A stretch of 64,000 nt of DNA from Syncephalis fuscata S228 (taxonomy: Eukaryota; Fungi; Zoopagomycota), in contig JAHLTZ010000005.1 of the NCBI GenBank assembly GCA_025786725.1, positions 372,001 through 436,000 of the forward strand. The letters run 5' to 3'. The notes under the pieces are model-generated. The model ran no database searches. It was not told the DNA's origin and saw only the letters and a list, made by a program, of their open reading frames with translations. Made by a program: the position numbers and the translations under genes. Positions 40,514-53,460 of the stretch are shown one piece after another (within the stretch, counting starts at the first letter, position 1; the number at the start of each line of letters is the position of its first letter).

Positions 40514-42071
40514 GTCTAATTAGCTTGCATTAATAGAATTAGAAGGAAATTATGTTGAGAAATACAAAGCTAATATAGTGTAGACAATAAATGGCGACTA
40601 GAGTAAATAAAAAGGGATACTGCAACGATAGAAGATAACACACTGAGTGCTAATTTATTGGTAAAATTCCGGTTTTTAACTGACTGCTGAGTGGATCATG
40701 CACGTTATTCTGTGTGTTTGTGTTTGAAACAAGGCAATGCTTTAATCCTGATAATAATATAAACAACTTGTTGCATTATGCTGGCTTCTATTAAAAATTA
40801 TATTAACAAATATACTCTTCTACATTCATGCTTTATTATTGGTATATTGAGTAATGATCGAAATGAGCAGATAAAACTTCCCCTGATTCAATTAAACAAA
40901 ATTAAAAGCTGACACTAAATAAAATATGAATGAAACAGATATCAATACTACGACTGTAGCATATGCTGGAATGACTGAAAATGCAATAGTAGAGCAAAGT
41001 GCAGATTATTTAAATAACAGAAAAAGCGTCGAGCGTGTGGCAGTTTCAATCATGTAAATAACAGCATTTCATCAAGAATCGTGGCATTCCAATAACTACG
41101 TTTGATAACATACGCGTAGTTAGATTACAAATTTGATTGGCCGAACATGGTGCCGAGTGGAGATAAATAATGATGATTGATTATTTAGTTATACTGTGAT
41201 TGATGGTCAAATGGCTATGTTTAATAATACTCGTGTAATTGAATTAGACATTCTTTTTATATTTGATATAGATTTCAATTATATATAGTTTAATAGATGG
41301 AATGGGCAAAATAAGTTAAACTTTATTATTAATAAAGTTAGAACAAAACGGACAACAGTTCCAAATAGCTTGTAAATACTATAATATATATATATACAAT
41401 ATAATGATTATACAATACAAAGTGAAAATTAACAGTGTTGAAGCTATTGAGCACATATGCATGAACAGATGAACGACATTAGTCGACATTTGTATATAAT
41501 AAAGCTAGAACAAAAGCACAAGCAGTTTTGGTTAAGCATAGTTGGATAAGTGTAAAATAATAGATGATAGAATAAAGACACAATGGCAAAGCATAGAAAC
41601 ATTGATGAAGTTATAGTGCATACAACGTAATAAGCGAATGAGTGAAATGTATTGAAACATATAAACAATAGAGCGTGTTTAGTATATTATAGAATGATAT
41701 ATAGTAGTGTAGAATAGAATGGGAATGATATAAATGGATAGAGTATATATGCATACTGGATAATGGATCTACGATGATGAGTATTTTAAACTTTGATGTC
41801 ACGCATCATACACCATCATGTTCAATAAAAAATATTTACTTTAATTACGTGAATGCTATCAAGTAGTCATTGGGATGTGATTATCATTGATGGCTAATAA
41901 ATTGCTTAATTTTAATGCAATACATACGTAAATAAAATCCCTTTTATTTACATGCGTTGAAATTGTCAGGAATAAAACGTAATTCAGTTACTTCATTTTT
42001 GTTCTAGCTGGATATTAACACATCCTTCGCATCTCTTTATAACAAACTAGTCTACGACCGTTTACCGCGAC

Positions 42072-43516
42072 ATGCTGCCCGAAGATTTGATTATTTATGT
42101 CTACAAATTCCTTTCTCCTTATGCGTTACGTCAGTTATCTTGTTCCAGTCGTTTATTTTACCAACTAGCATGGCATGAGATTTGTTGCCGCTATAAACGT
42201 TTAGTCAATTCAAACTTATCTATATTGCCGGCTTTGCTAGTAAGTACTAAAGCGCGCCGAAAACAATACAAAACTTAACAGCACTGAATGACTGCAGGAC
42301 CGACAAAGCTACTGGTATTTAGTTGGCCAGACCTGCTATGAATGCACTGTCCGTTCAACATACTTGATACCGCACCCGTTAGAGCCATGGCTTCTTTGCG
42401 ATGTGTGTATATCAAAATTGGCAACTGATCGCGTGCTATTGACATTAAGTCAGGTTGAAACGCTATATGGATTGGTGTCGGATGGTCTAGTGGCTGATAT
42501 ACACTCAGGACGAATGCGACGATGCGATTTAGCATACAAAAAATCACCTAGTCGACATAGCGTGTGTAATTTTTCTATGGCTGCGGTTTTAACATCAGAT
42601 ACTTCGGAAAGCAGCGATAGTGACACATCAGAAAGCAGCAGCGAAAGCGATTTTAGTAATGGCCATTCGCGCTTTTTTCAAAATCCACCAGTAAAACTAC
42701 CAATGTATAGTATAGCTGCTCAATCATCAGTCAATAGTGATTTGGAAAGTAGGAACAATTCTTTTACATTAGTATTCTATTATCAGCATATTGAGCAGCG
42801 CGCTCGCGAAGTATATGGAACATCAGATACAAACAAATTAGCGTCACGATCGGAACGTGATTTGACTAGAAAACGCCAAATATTTCTGGAAATGGAACAA
42901 AAGAAACGGCACAAATTTATGTACAGTATACTTAATACATGGCAATCAAACCCCTTGATAACTTGGAGTTATTATGGACAGGAAAAATATTAGCCTTTTT
43001 GCCCGATACTTTAACGGCAGCCAAGTCAATAACAACGCCGTTGTTAATAGAAGAAAGTAGACACGCACTGATGAAAGCTCAATTACAAAAGCTTATTATG
43101 ACAGATGGACACGAAAACATCCTTTTGGATGGTGTGACCAGCAGCGTATTACTTGGATACAGCCAAGATGCATCGCTAGTAATATAGCTAATAATAACAC
43201 ACAAGTATGCAATAGTAGCATAGAAAATGTGCTGTTATTAGCAAAACGTTTATGGAACATGCAATTTGCAAGTTCATTTGCAAAAAATGTATTCGATACT
43301 ATAAATATTTTATTGTTCCGTTTTACGCGACCTTCAGCGTCAGCATCGACGAAAAGCAGCTTTAAATCGACAACTGTGCCGGATAAGCAGGCACTTGAGC
43401 CCATTTGGGGCTGTGGAGAGACGCGACAAGAGCTATTGGAGTACATGGCGCAACTCCAACACAATATAACCAATAAGTTACTAACATTCATGGAAGATGA
43501 TATCAAACTATTGTAA
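42072..43516 (+). CDS. F-box protein of unknown specificity, multi-exon
   Basis: N-terminal F-box LPEDLIIYVYKFLSPYALRQLSCSSRLFYQLA. Downstream ORF pieces are linked by introns or frameshifts. Confidence 0.7.
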
Positions 43517-43677
43517 AGCATTGGTATCAACGACAAGATAGCAAGGCAATAGCTAGCAACTTGGATAGGCGACGAAAAACGGGAAAGCGTCGTGGCCGTC
43601 AGTAGAAATGAAGATTGTGCATGTGTATGCAGTTAATTGAGTAGAGTTATATAACTATTGCTTGAAATAATGTAAAG

Positions 43678-45481
43678 CTACGGTACCAATGGCAATAAAT
43701 CACGTACACTTGCATCGTTGGCATGTAATGCAAGTGCACGATACAACTCAGGCGGCAGTTGTCGTGATAGTGATAGTGCATCATTGATCGTTTGATGAAT
43801 ATCACCATCCAATCCATCGGAAAGAATAGAAAGTGGTCTATATAACAGTGTGGTAAGTATTTTTGTACTGGTTAATCGGTTGAATAAACAACTTACTGGT
43901 CAGCGGCAAGTAGTAAGTCACGCGAATGAATCAACTGTGCTACTACGCAAAGTACATTGATGTGGATGCCATAGGCAAGAAAAACATCCCATAGCCGTAA
44001 ATGGTCCTGTTGATTCATCGATTTACTACAGCTTGTAAAGGACAGTAAAGCTAAATAAATAGATTAGCTTGGGTAGTGCATTAATAAAGCATTATATCTA
44101 CCATTATATGCGTACAACTCAGGGAATACACCATGGTCAAGTAAATAGTCGTATAATGGACGATCAAGAACACGTAAACATTCATCCATCAACTATAGTT
44201 AAAAGTGTTAGAATGGATATGTATTTGGTCATTTATCTGTAACATACCTCTACGGCACACTGGATACCATCCATTGTTGTACGTGCGTATACCGATGCAC
44301 ATTTAGTAGCAAACAAATAAAAACCAACAAATGCCTCATCTTCGGGCAATACTTCGGCAAATGATAACGCTATCCAGTGTAAACCTGAAACGTAGTCTTT
44401 TGTACCATTATCAGCAGTATCTAAAAATAGTTTCAATAATAAATAAACAGTAATAATAATATAGTATAATGTCATTACCATGAATTTGATGAACAAATGC
44501 ATTGAGTATTCGATCTAATGATTCTACAATTCTGTGCTGTTCTTTAGCTTGAATAGAACTACTTAACAAACGATTTGAATGTTTTAATGTAGCAAGATCA
44601 TGCTGAATTTGTAAATGCAAAACGGATGCACCACGTGTTTTTAGTTCTGGATAAATACACCGAAGTTGGGTAAAATTTCCCTCACGTGATAGCAAAGCAC
44701 GCCAAAGCCGACGTCGTAGATCATCATGCCCAGCAGGAATGGGATGGACAAGCGCAAGACGTCGTAAATGTCGCTCGGCCAACGACATATCCGATAGACA
44801 CTGGGTGTGACTTCTTGATTCTTTATTATGACCGATGCGTGCAAGACTAGACGGGCTCATGGCTGAACGAGCCATATCGTCAAGTGCATGCTCGTACCGC
44901 TGTCGAATCGAGTCACTTGTGTCGCTTTCCGTGCCTGGAAATAATGGCGATAAAGGTAGAGCAACAGTACCAGCGGTAGGTAGACCAGCATTGGAACCGC
45001 GAGTATTTCTAGCTCTTTGTAACCAAGCATCAAATTCTGTCGCGCCAGAATGTCCTTTATTTTGCATCATTTTTGGAGGAGAGGAAGGAGGAGTAAGAAA
45101 GCGTGGTGCGGTTGTTGGTGTAGTTATTTTTGTCGTATTCGTCTTTGTGACAGCAGCAGCAGCAGATAGACGCGATAGTCTTTTTGACAAATCGGCCATG
45201 CTGCTTTTAGTAGCTGCCGTACGACCTGCCGTGCGTTTGCGTGGGTATGACGATGTCGGCGACGATCGACGGCTGGACAACTGGCATATTTTGTGGGAAC
45301 TATTTGATGTTACTACAGATGCTATTGATATTGAAACTGATGATGGTAAAGATGGCGATATTAATGGCGATGTTGTTGAAGAAGAAGAAGAAGAAGAAGG
45401 TGATAATGATGGCACTGGCGACGTTGGCAATATCAAAGAGGAAAGCAACGCTCCTAGCGACACACTGGATGGTAAAGACAT
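43678..45481 (-). CDS. BUB2/Cdc16-like TBC-domain protein with degenerate catalytic fingers, multi-exon
   Basis: LRRRLWRALL, SLDRILNAF, EDEAFVGF, ECLRVLDRPLYDYL, ELYAY, LWDVFLAYGIHINVLCVVAQLIHSRDLLL, LPPELY match the Bub2 pattern. Long Ser-rich N-terminus. Confidence 0.8.
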
Positions 45482-46428
45482 GAATAACACAAGTACCAGG
45501 AAAAACGTAACTGATCTTTGATGAAATAATGACGCTATAAGTAGACAATCGTTAGCAGGGAGGATACGTGTGTGTGTGTGTGGTGTGTGTGTGGAAGGAG
45601 TATTGTTGTTGCACTTTCTTGGACGTATTATCGTCCGTTTACAATACAAGGCACATTAAATAATGAAGTGATACGCGAATGTATCAAGTTTCCTGCAAAA
45701 AAAATGAGGCAAGGGGAACAATGTATATTCGCCTATGCTATTATGTAGTACTGTTAGAGCTACCGTGAATGCAATAGTTAGAATGTGATGGATGTTACAA
45801 ATGTTGTAGGAGTACTATATACGCAGGCTATAGTAATAAGCTTGTATAACATTAATGTAACAACAGTCATGTTCAATAGCTATTATTCTAATAAAAAAAC
45901 TGTCATCATTCCCATAGTGAATGTGCCAGTCTTTATCCGACATGCAAAAAGGAGATAAGGGGCAAAAAGAAACAGCGAGTAAAGCCAAGCGTAATCATTG
46001 TTGAATTGGCAAAGTCTATACTGCTAAGTCAATGGCTGTTCTTAATATACCGATATATAGTGTAATCCGTGCATATCGAATACTGATTACTTTCATCTTT
46101 GCTTGAATAGCCTCTATTTTACGCAATATAATGCAGCTTAATGACTAAACGCGCTTGGAACAATTAATACAAATCACTTGGAATCCTGGTTTTATTATTT
46201 ACGTAGAATATTCGTATAGAAACGGGAGTAGTTTTATGTATCCATATCGACTATACATAGAACCGTGGAACAAATAGGCGTTCTATAGTTATTTTGCCTG
46301 TAATAATAATAGCTTAATCATTACTATATTAAATCATTGAATCCAATTATAGCATAATTTAAATTGTTTACTATTTATTTTTTACTGTTTTCTTTTCATT
46401 TATTGAATCTCTTGTTTCAAGTCTAGTC

Positions 46429-47384
46429 ATGTCAACGTGTTGGATTACCGAGTTGCCCGAGCTAGTCTCTCTAGAGCATGTACGCCAGTTGGAGGGCGGC
46501 CGCGAAGCCTTGCCGCTTGGCACTTGGATTATACGTCATCATCAGCCGAATGTAACGATCCAAGCTGTTCCTGCCTTGGAACCATCGTTAAGCAAAGGAG
46601 ATCTTTATGTGACAGAAAGGTAATAATAAAAATAGTAAGCGAGAATGAAGGGAACTGCCTTGACTGGATAACAAGTAAATAAGGGGCGAATACTGAACAA
46701 AGAGCAAAGGACAAAGAACAAAACAATCGATGTATTATTGTTCACTATCTAACTATGTTCTATGACAATCGGTAATATGGCAACAATAATAGCCGCCTTG
46801 TATTCTTTAGTGCTACTGATGGAAAAGGTATTGCACTAGAGTATCCAGCCATTGGTATTCATGCAATTGCTCGTCAGCCTACGGATCATGCACCTTGTGT
46901 CTATTGTCAAGTAGATGGGAGTCTTGCAATGACACCAGCAAGCGATGACGATGAGGATGACAAAGACGATGAAGTAACGGAAGTGCGCTTTATTCCTGAT
47001 GATTTTAGCACACGTAAGTAAAACACAAATATTATTACTGATATATAGTCGTGTTGATAAATATATATTTAGTGGATGTGCTATTTGAAGCTATATCTGA
47101 ATGTACCGCCCTTCATCCCGATGCGGATCTTATGGAGGCCGAAGGTGACGATAATGCATTTGTTGATGGCCAGTTCTACACGGGTGATCTTGATCCGCAA
47201 GAACTTTCTGACGCAGGCCAGGTAAGCCATACTATCTATGTATCTATCATTGTCAATAACACTGATTTGTAATAAATAGGCGGCACTTGCTTATCTCGAC
47301 TCAATTGTTGATGCACCGGTATCTAATGCACAAGCATTGTCGGATGAAGATACTACCAAAGACCAGTTTGCCGACGCCGACTAA
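46429..47384 (+). CDS. pICln/Lot5 (Voldacs domain) methylosome subunit, multi-exon
   Basis: GDLYVTE, GIALEYPAIGIHAIAR, CVYCQ, EVRFIPDD, LFEAISECTALHPD, AGQAALAYL, QFADAD*. Confidence 0.88.
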
Positions 47385-48896
47385 CCAATTGCACTATCAA
47401 TTGAATAAATGAGTAATAAAGTATGTTATTTTTATTAATTTAGTTTTTAATAGAGGCCAGCATAAACATGATAGGTCATTTATTTACGTATGTTATTGCA
47501 TTAAAATTAAGCAATTTATTAGCCATCAATGATAATCACATCCCAATGACTACTTGATAGCATTCACGTAATTAAAGTAAATATTTTTTATTGAACATGA
47601 TGGTGTATGATGCGTGACATCAAAGTTTAAAATACTCATCATCGTAGATCCATTATCCAGTATACATATATAGTCTATCCATTTATATCATTCCCATTCT
47701 ATTCTACACTACTATATATCATTCTATAATATACTAAACACGCTCTATTGTTTATATGTTTCAATACATTTCACTCATTCGCTTATTACGTTGTATGCAC
47801 TATAACTTCATCAATGTTTCTATGCTTTGCCATTGTGTCTTTATTCTATCATCTATTATTTTACACTTATCCAACTATGCTTTAACCAAAACTGCTTGTG
47901 CTTTTGTTCTAGCTTTATTATATACAAATGTCGACTAATGTCGTTCATCTGTTCATGCATATGTGCTCAATAGCTTCAACACTGTTAATTTTCACTTTGT
48001 ATTGTATAATCATTATATTGTATATATATATATTATAGTATTTACAAGCTATTTGGAACTGTTGTCCGTTTTGTTCTAACTTTATTAATAATAAAGTTTA
48101 ACTTATTTTGCCCATTCCATCTATTAAACTATATATAATTGAAATCTATATCAAATATAAAAAGAATGTCTAATTCAATTACACGAGTATTATTAAACAT
48201 AGCCATTTGACCATCAATCACAGTATAACTAAATAATCAATCATCATTATTTATCTCCACTCGGCACCATGTTCGGCCAATCAAATTTGTAATCCAACTA
48301 CGCGTATGTTATCAAACGTAGTTATTGGAATGCCATAATTTTGGTGAAATGCTGTTATTTACATGATTGAAACTGCCACACGCTCGACGCTTTTTCTGTT
48401 ATTTAAATAATCTGCACTTGCTCTACTATTGCATTTTCAGTCATTTCAGCATATGCTACAGTCGTAGTATTGATATCTGTTTCATTCATATTTTATTTAG
48501 TGTCAGCTTTTAATTTTGTTTAATTGAATCAGGGGAAGTTTTATCTGCTTATTTCGATCATCACTAATATACCAATAATAAAGCATGAATTTAGAAGAGT
48601 ATATTTATTAATATAATTTTTAATAGAAGCCAGCATAATGCAACAAGTTGTTTATATTATTATTAGAGCAGTATGAGTTGTCATAGTCTTAGATACACAC
48701 ATAGAATAACGTGCATGATCCACTCAGCAGTCAGTTAAAAACCGGAATTTTACCAATAAATTAGCACTCAGTGTATTATTTCTATTGTTGCAGTATCCCT
48801 TTTTATTTGCTCTAGTTACCATTTATTGTCTACACTATATTGGCTTTGTATTTCTCGCTCAATTTGCTTTAATTCTATTAGTGAAAATAATTAGAC

Positions 48897-50008
48897 ATGA
48901 AGCAACCAAGCCACTCCTTGTTTGGCTTTTCTACTTTGCCAATACAAATCTATACTAGACTATCGTCGCTATTATTGCTTCTTTTGCTTTTGTCGGGACC
49001 TAATCCGTCATTAGCTGGTATCAATAAAGCGCTACCTACTCTCTTTCGACGCCAATTAAGCTGCCAAAGCTCAATCATGTAGCACCAGCGCGAGTAATGC
49101 TGACCTCTGTTGTATTCCAAACTATGGTCTTTTTAAATTATCTCTGCAGGTACGTATGATAAGAATAAAAAATAAAGGGCGGTGTTTTAATAAAACTACC
49201 AGTGGGACACAACATTAGGACCAGCCAACGCTTTTACTATTCATGGATTATGGCCCGATGGTTGGTAAGTTGTACAGCTTATAAATGATAAATAGCCAAT
49301 TAACACTAAATTATAGTAATGGCGAGCGTGCGCCTGAAAATGGATGTGATCAGAACGTCAGTACAAGAATGCTGGTAAAATTGTCAAGTCAAATGACCAA
49401 GATCTTTACAATAAAATGACAACGTATTGGCCCTCAAACAAAGGCACCGACAGTGGATTCTGGTAATGAAATTACAATTTATGTAAATTATATTTTAATT
49501 AATTTATTACTAGGACCCATGAATGGAACAAACATGGCACCTGTGTTTCTACACTGAGTCCCAAGTGTTACGGTAAAGATTACAAGGCTAACAAAGATAT
49601 GATCGACTATTTCAGTGATGCCATTACGCTTCGCAGCAAGTATGACGTTTACGATGCTTTCGCTAAGGCTGGCATTAAGCCTGGTGACCAGACGAATAGC
49701 GATCAATTTACAAGTGCTTTAACAAACAGTTTGGCCGCAGTCTTACTCTACGATGCGCTAGTGGCAAGATTACCGAAGCGATGCTTTATTTTACAGTTTC
49801 AGGAAGAAATTACGAACTGACAGATCCACCAAGATCCGGAAACAGTGGCTGTGGCGGTCAAATATCGTGGCCAGCTAAGACTACTAAAAACTCTACAGAT
49901 GGTAATAATGACAACAATGGTAACAATGGCAGCGACAAAACAGCTAGCAGCATTGGTGGTGTATCAGCTGTTGCCTTTGTCATTGCTGTGTTGACGCTAT
50001 TTGTCTAA
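48897..50008 (+). CDS. RNase T2 with canonical active site; signal peptide and GPI-type tail; 4 exons
   Basis: CAS I FTIHGLWP (His 49242-49244) and CAS II FWTHEWNKHGTC (His 49518, 49533); DLCCIPNYG, TYWPS. Contains 1-nt indels. Confidence 0.88.
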
Positions 50009-50084
50009 ACAGTCTACGCTAGTAATAAATGCTTTATTGCTTATAAATACAATGGTTTGATAGCTATTTGTTGCCTTGTGTCAT

Positions 50085-50920
50085 TTATGGCGAGGTTGCC
50101 GTATAACTTACTGTGTGGTCAAATGTTTTCATATCACGACCACTTTCAAGAAACGTAATAATCTCGCGTAGAAATACTGCTGCATCATTGCCAAGATAAA
50201 TAGCAAGACGTTGTGTAAGTCGTTCACGCCATACGTCATCGCTGTCGCTATTAGAGGCGTTGACGAAGGATGGTGTCGTATCTAGTAGCACTTCAATGGT
50301 ATACGTCATGACAATATCATCGTTATCGTCACCAAGAAGTGCACTTAATTCTCGTTCAACAAATGGTCGTAGTCGTCGTAAATGATGTGTCTTAATTCGT
50401 GATACAATTACATTGCGAGGTGGATTATCTGCACGCAATGAACGACGATAAACACTACGACGATTATGCCATTTTCCTGGTAAACAGGGTGGTGGCTCCA
50501 ATTCATCAAGCGTGCGATGAATCAACTGTCCAGTTGTCGGCTCATCACTATTGCTAGTATTGTCTTCATTGTTGTCATCTTCAGCCAGCATAGCAATCGA
50601 TCGTGGTGGCTGTTTACAAAGTGGACATACGGCTGATGCTTCAACCATCGAGCAATACAGTCAAAGCAGAAACTGTGCAAGCAATCGGTTAAATAAGTAC
50701 GTTGTGTCCATGGCAATAGACATATAACACAAGTCTGTCCTGGTCTATCTATTGTTTTGTCGTTATTGTCATTGCAGGGCTCATCGCGCTTTAGCCGTTT
50801 TACTTTTCGGTTTTCGTCTTCCTTCTCAGCTGTTTGAGCGGCATTACTTGGTAATACCGAGTAGGTTAGCCAGTCCTCGTCTCGCTCCAACCAGTCCTGG
50901 CTACTATCGTCGTCATTCAT
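50085..50920 (-). CDS. C3HC4 RING E3 ligase, copy B (1-nt deletion in the RING near 50630)
   Basis: About 99% identical to 38464-39300 (roughly seven differences counted by eye). Confidence 0.8.
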
Positions 50921-52053
50921 AGCTAGTTGGCTCGTAATTAAGTTATGTATCGACAAATAGTACAAACGGAAGCTGTTTTAAATATTAAACAAATTACTGT
51001 TATGGTTTCATATAGCCATCGAACAAGATTTGATTGTTGTAATTGTGCTTGTCTTAATATTGTTTGTTTATTGTCTATCAGTATTAGAAATGCAAGTGTA
51101 TGTTATATATACATTACACTATATCATTTAATTAAATACACAACAGTAAAGATATATTGGATTAAAAATAAATCATGTAGCCATTCACGTAATTGATATA
51201 TCCAGTGTGTATCGTTTATGACTATTTTTCTACACTCGATTTGTTGTATGTCATGCTTTATAATCCAGAGTACGACAACGTTCAGGAATATATGTTCAAA
51301 ATCTTTAGAATGTTAAACATATTGTAATATTTATTACAATACTAAACATGATTATACTATCGGTTGAAACTGTACTGAATTGGTTTGTCGTCAGTATACT
51401 AACAATGTGAATAATGGCAATGAAATGTATGGTTATTTTACTATATGCTTTATCAAATAAGGCACCCATAAACAAACAAGTTTTCTATAATTTTTATTAG
51501 TGTAAATGCAGCTATAAATACAATCTTGCTGGTATAATTGTATAATTTGATCATAAAAATAATGAATCGAAAAAAAAGATGACAATGTTACTTGGCAAAG
51601 ATTAGATCTAAGATTGTATGATCAAATCTATAGAATACAACTATAAATAGACAATTGATTGTTTATTGTTGCTTCATTATTCCATTTAATTATCTTGCAC
51701 GTTGTCATTATATTTGTATCAATAGCGCGTGTATGACGATGTAAGCTACTAATTTGAATTAAACATATTATTTAAATTCACCTTTTTAATTAACTGCATG
51801 GTTATTAGTTTCTATTTTGAGTTATTATTTACTTAATTTATTTTGATTTCATGCTGGCTATTATCAAAATACAGATTTCCCTCGCTTAAACAATAAAACC
51901 TATATTGATGGATATAAATCTAATGTCCTATAAATAAGCTAGCTATTTGCCGATTTTTATTTCGCTATTACAAATACACTTCATTTTACGTCTGCTAGTT
52001 TTTATTGCTGCAACAGCAATATTTATAAAATTATAGATATTAGACAAAGGCTC

Positions 52054-53220
52054 ATGATGTTATCTAGAACCAAGTACCTTTTATTACCATTAGTGCTGCT
52101 GTCAGCCGGCCAAAGTATGGCAACATTTTTAGACATATTTATTGAAAAAGGTAACAACTCAATGAATTTATTTACAATGCAATAACAATTATAACACAAT
52201 GCTAGATCCTATTTTTGGATATGAATTGGATCATCTAGTGCGTTTGGTATCAAGGGTCTTAGTATTAAATCATATGCAGAGAAAGAAGATGATGCATATG
52301 TTATGAAAGCAAAATACTATACAAATAACAATGGCCAACTCAAAACTGAGGTTATATGTGGTAATAGCCAACTGTATATAAGGACTTTAAATTATATCAG
52401 GTACGTACACTTATTATTATTTTAACCTGTCGAAGCAATAACTTTATTTGAAGGATATATATTACCGAGACTATAACATGTTTGAGGCAAATTCCTCACC
52501 TCATCCCTTTTACTCGGCTATTAAGAAGTTTTCTCCTATAATTGGCTATGTTTGCTACATGGTTGTTAAGCCAAAATGTGGAAATGAATTGTCATTTATT
52601 AGTCCTTGGAGTGTTGCTCATGTGGAAATACCAAAATCTAGCTTTTTAATTCTTATAAATCGCAAGTATACATTAATTATGCCAATACTATGCTAATCAG
52701 CAATTAAATAGTTATACACAAAATGCAAAAAAAGGAATGGTCAATGAGCGAAGCTATTAGCACTTGTAAGTTAAATATTTAAATATCTATGTTGGTAAAT
52801 ATACTTATAATAATATCAGGTGTTTGTGTTACGAATAATCACATAGTATTTCCCACTGTTGCAAATGTACATGAATTCAAGCATATATTGTCTCCTACAA
52901 TTCATAAAAGTAGAAATGATCAAATTAACCAGGAAAACGATAAATTATGGGCTAATTTAGCATGGTTTTATTCAAAAGTTGAACTTGGTTTAACGCGCGA
53001 TCAGGCATTAGAATATGTTAGAAGAAAATACAAATATCTAGCACTACCAACAATCAATCCACCTTCTTATTATCCGCGACGATACAAAGATCGTTATAAC
53101 GATCCTTTGATCGCTAGCACGCCTGCTATTGATCATCAGGCGAGTTTTCCAGTGAACATTAATGGCGAATTACTTCCTCCTCCGCCTTATACCCATGATG
53201 ATAATATTGCAGCGACATAG
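52054..53220 (+). CDS. Secreted hypothetical protein, multi-exon, Pro-rich tail
   Basis: Signal peptide MMLSRTKYLLLPLVLLSAGQSMA; several GT-AG introns; last exon ends at TAG 53220. Confidence 0.6.
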
Positions 53221-53460
53221 CTTAATTAATAAACAATATTATAATATTGCTAATTTCTAATATCCATGCTTCATTAAAGTAAGCAATTATAATATATATT
53301 CAATAGAAACGTATATTATAAATATAAATATATACAATCCACATTAAACACTGTTTAATACTTAAACGAATGGTTTATTGGCGTTTGTTCATAACAGCAG
53401 TGTGCATCAAGCAGATGCTACAAATATAGAACGTGATATTGGAATATAGCTTAGCAGAAG

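Larger units (their letters stand above)
38051..41936 (+). repeat. Left arm of ~3.9 kb inverted repeat
   Basis: Reverse complement of 47479-51331. Near-identical outside the RNase T2 gene and its proximal upstream region. Confidence 0.95.
47479..51331 (-). repeat. Right arm of ~3.9 kb inverted repeat
   Basis: Reverse complement of 38051-41936. Confidence 0.95.

Noticed and set aside
40926-41802. Small ORFs inside the inverted-repeat arms (a 43-aa ORF at 40926 and hydrophobic ORFs at 41444-41802)
   Set aside because: Frames differ between the two arms and there is no motif or splice support. Likely AT-rich noncoding DNA.
44835-45521. Long antisense ORFs here and at 55998-56657 and 57395-58243
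   Set aside because: Shadow ORFs opposite Ser/Pro/Glu-rich coding sequence.
38051-51331. Inverted repeat as terminal inverted repeats of a transposon
   Set aside because: The arms contain host genes, the spacer has no transposase, and no target-site duplication is evident.
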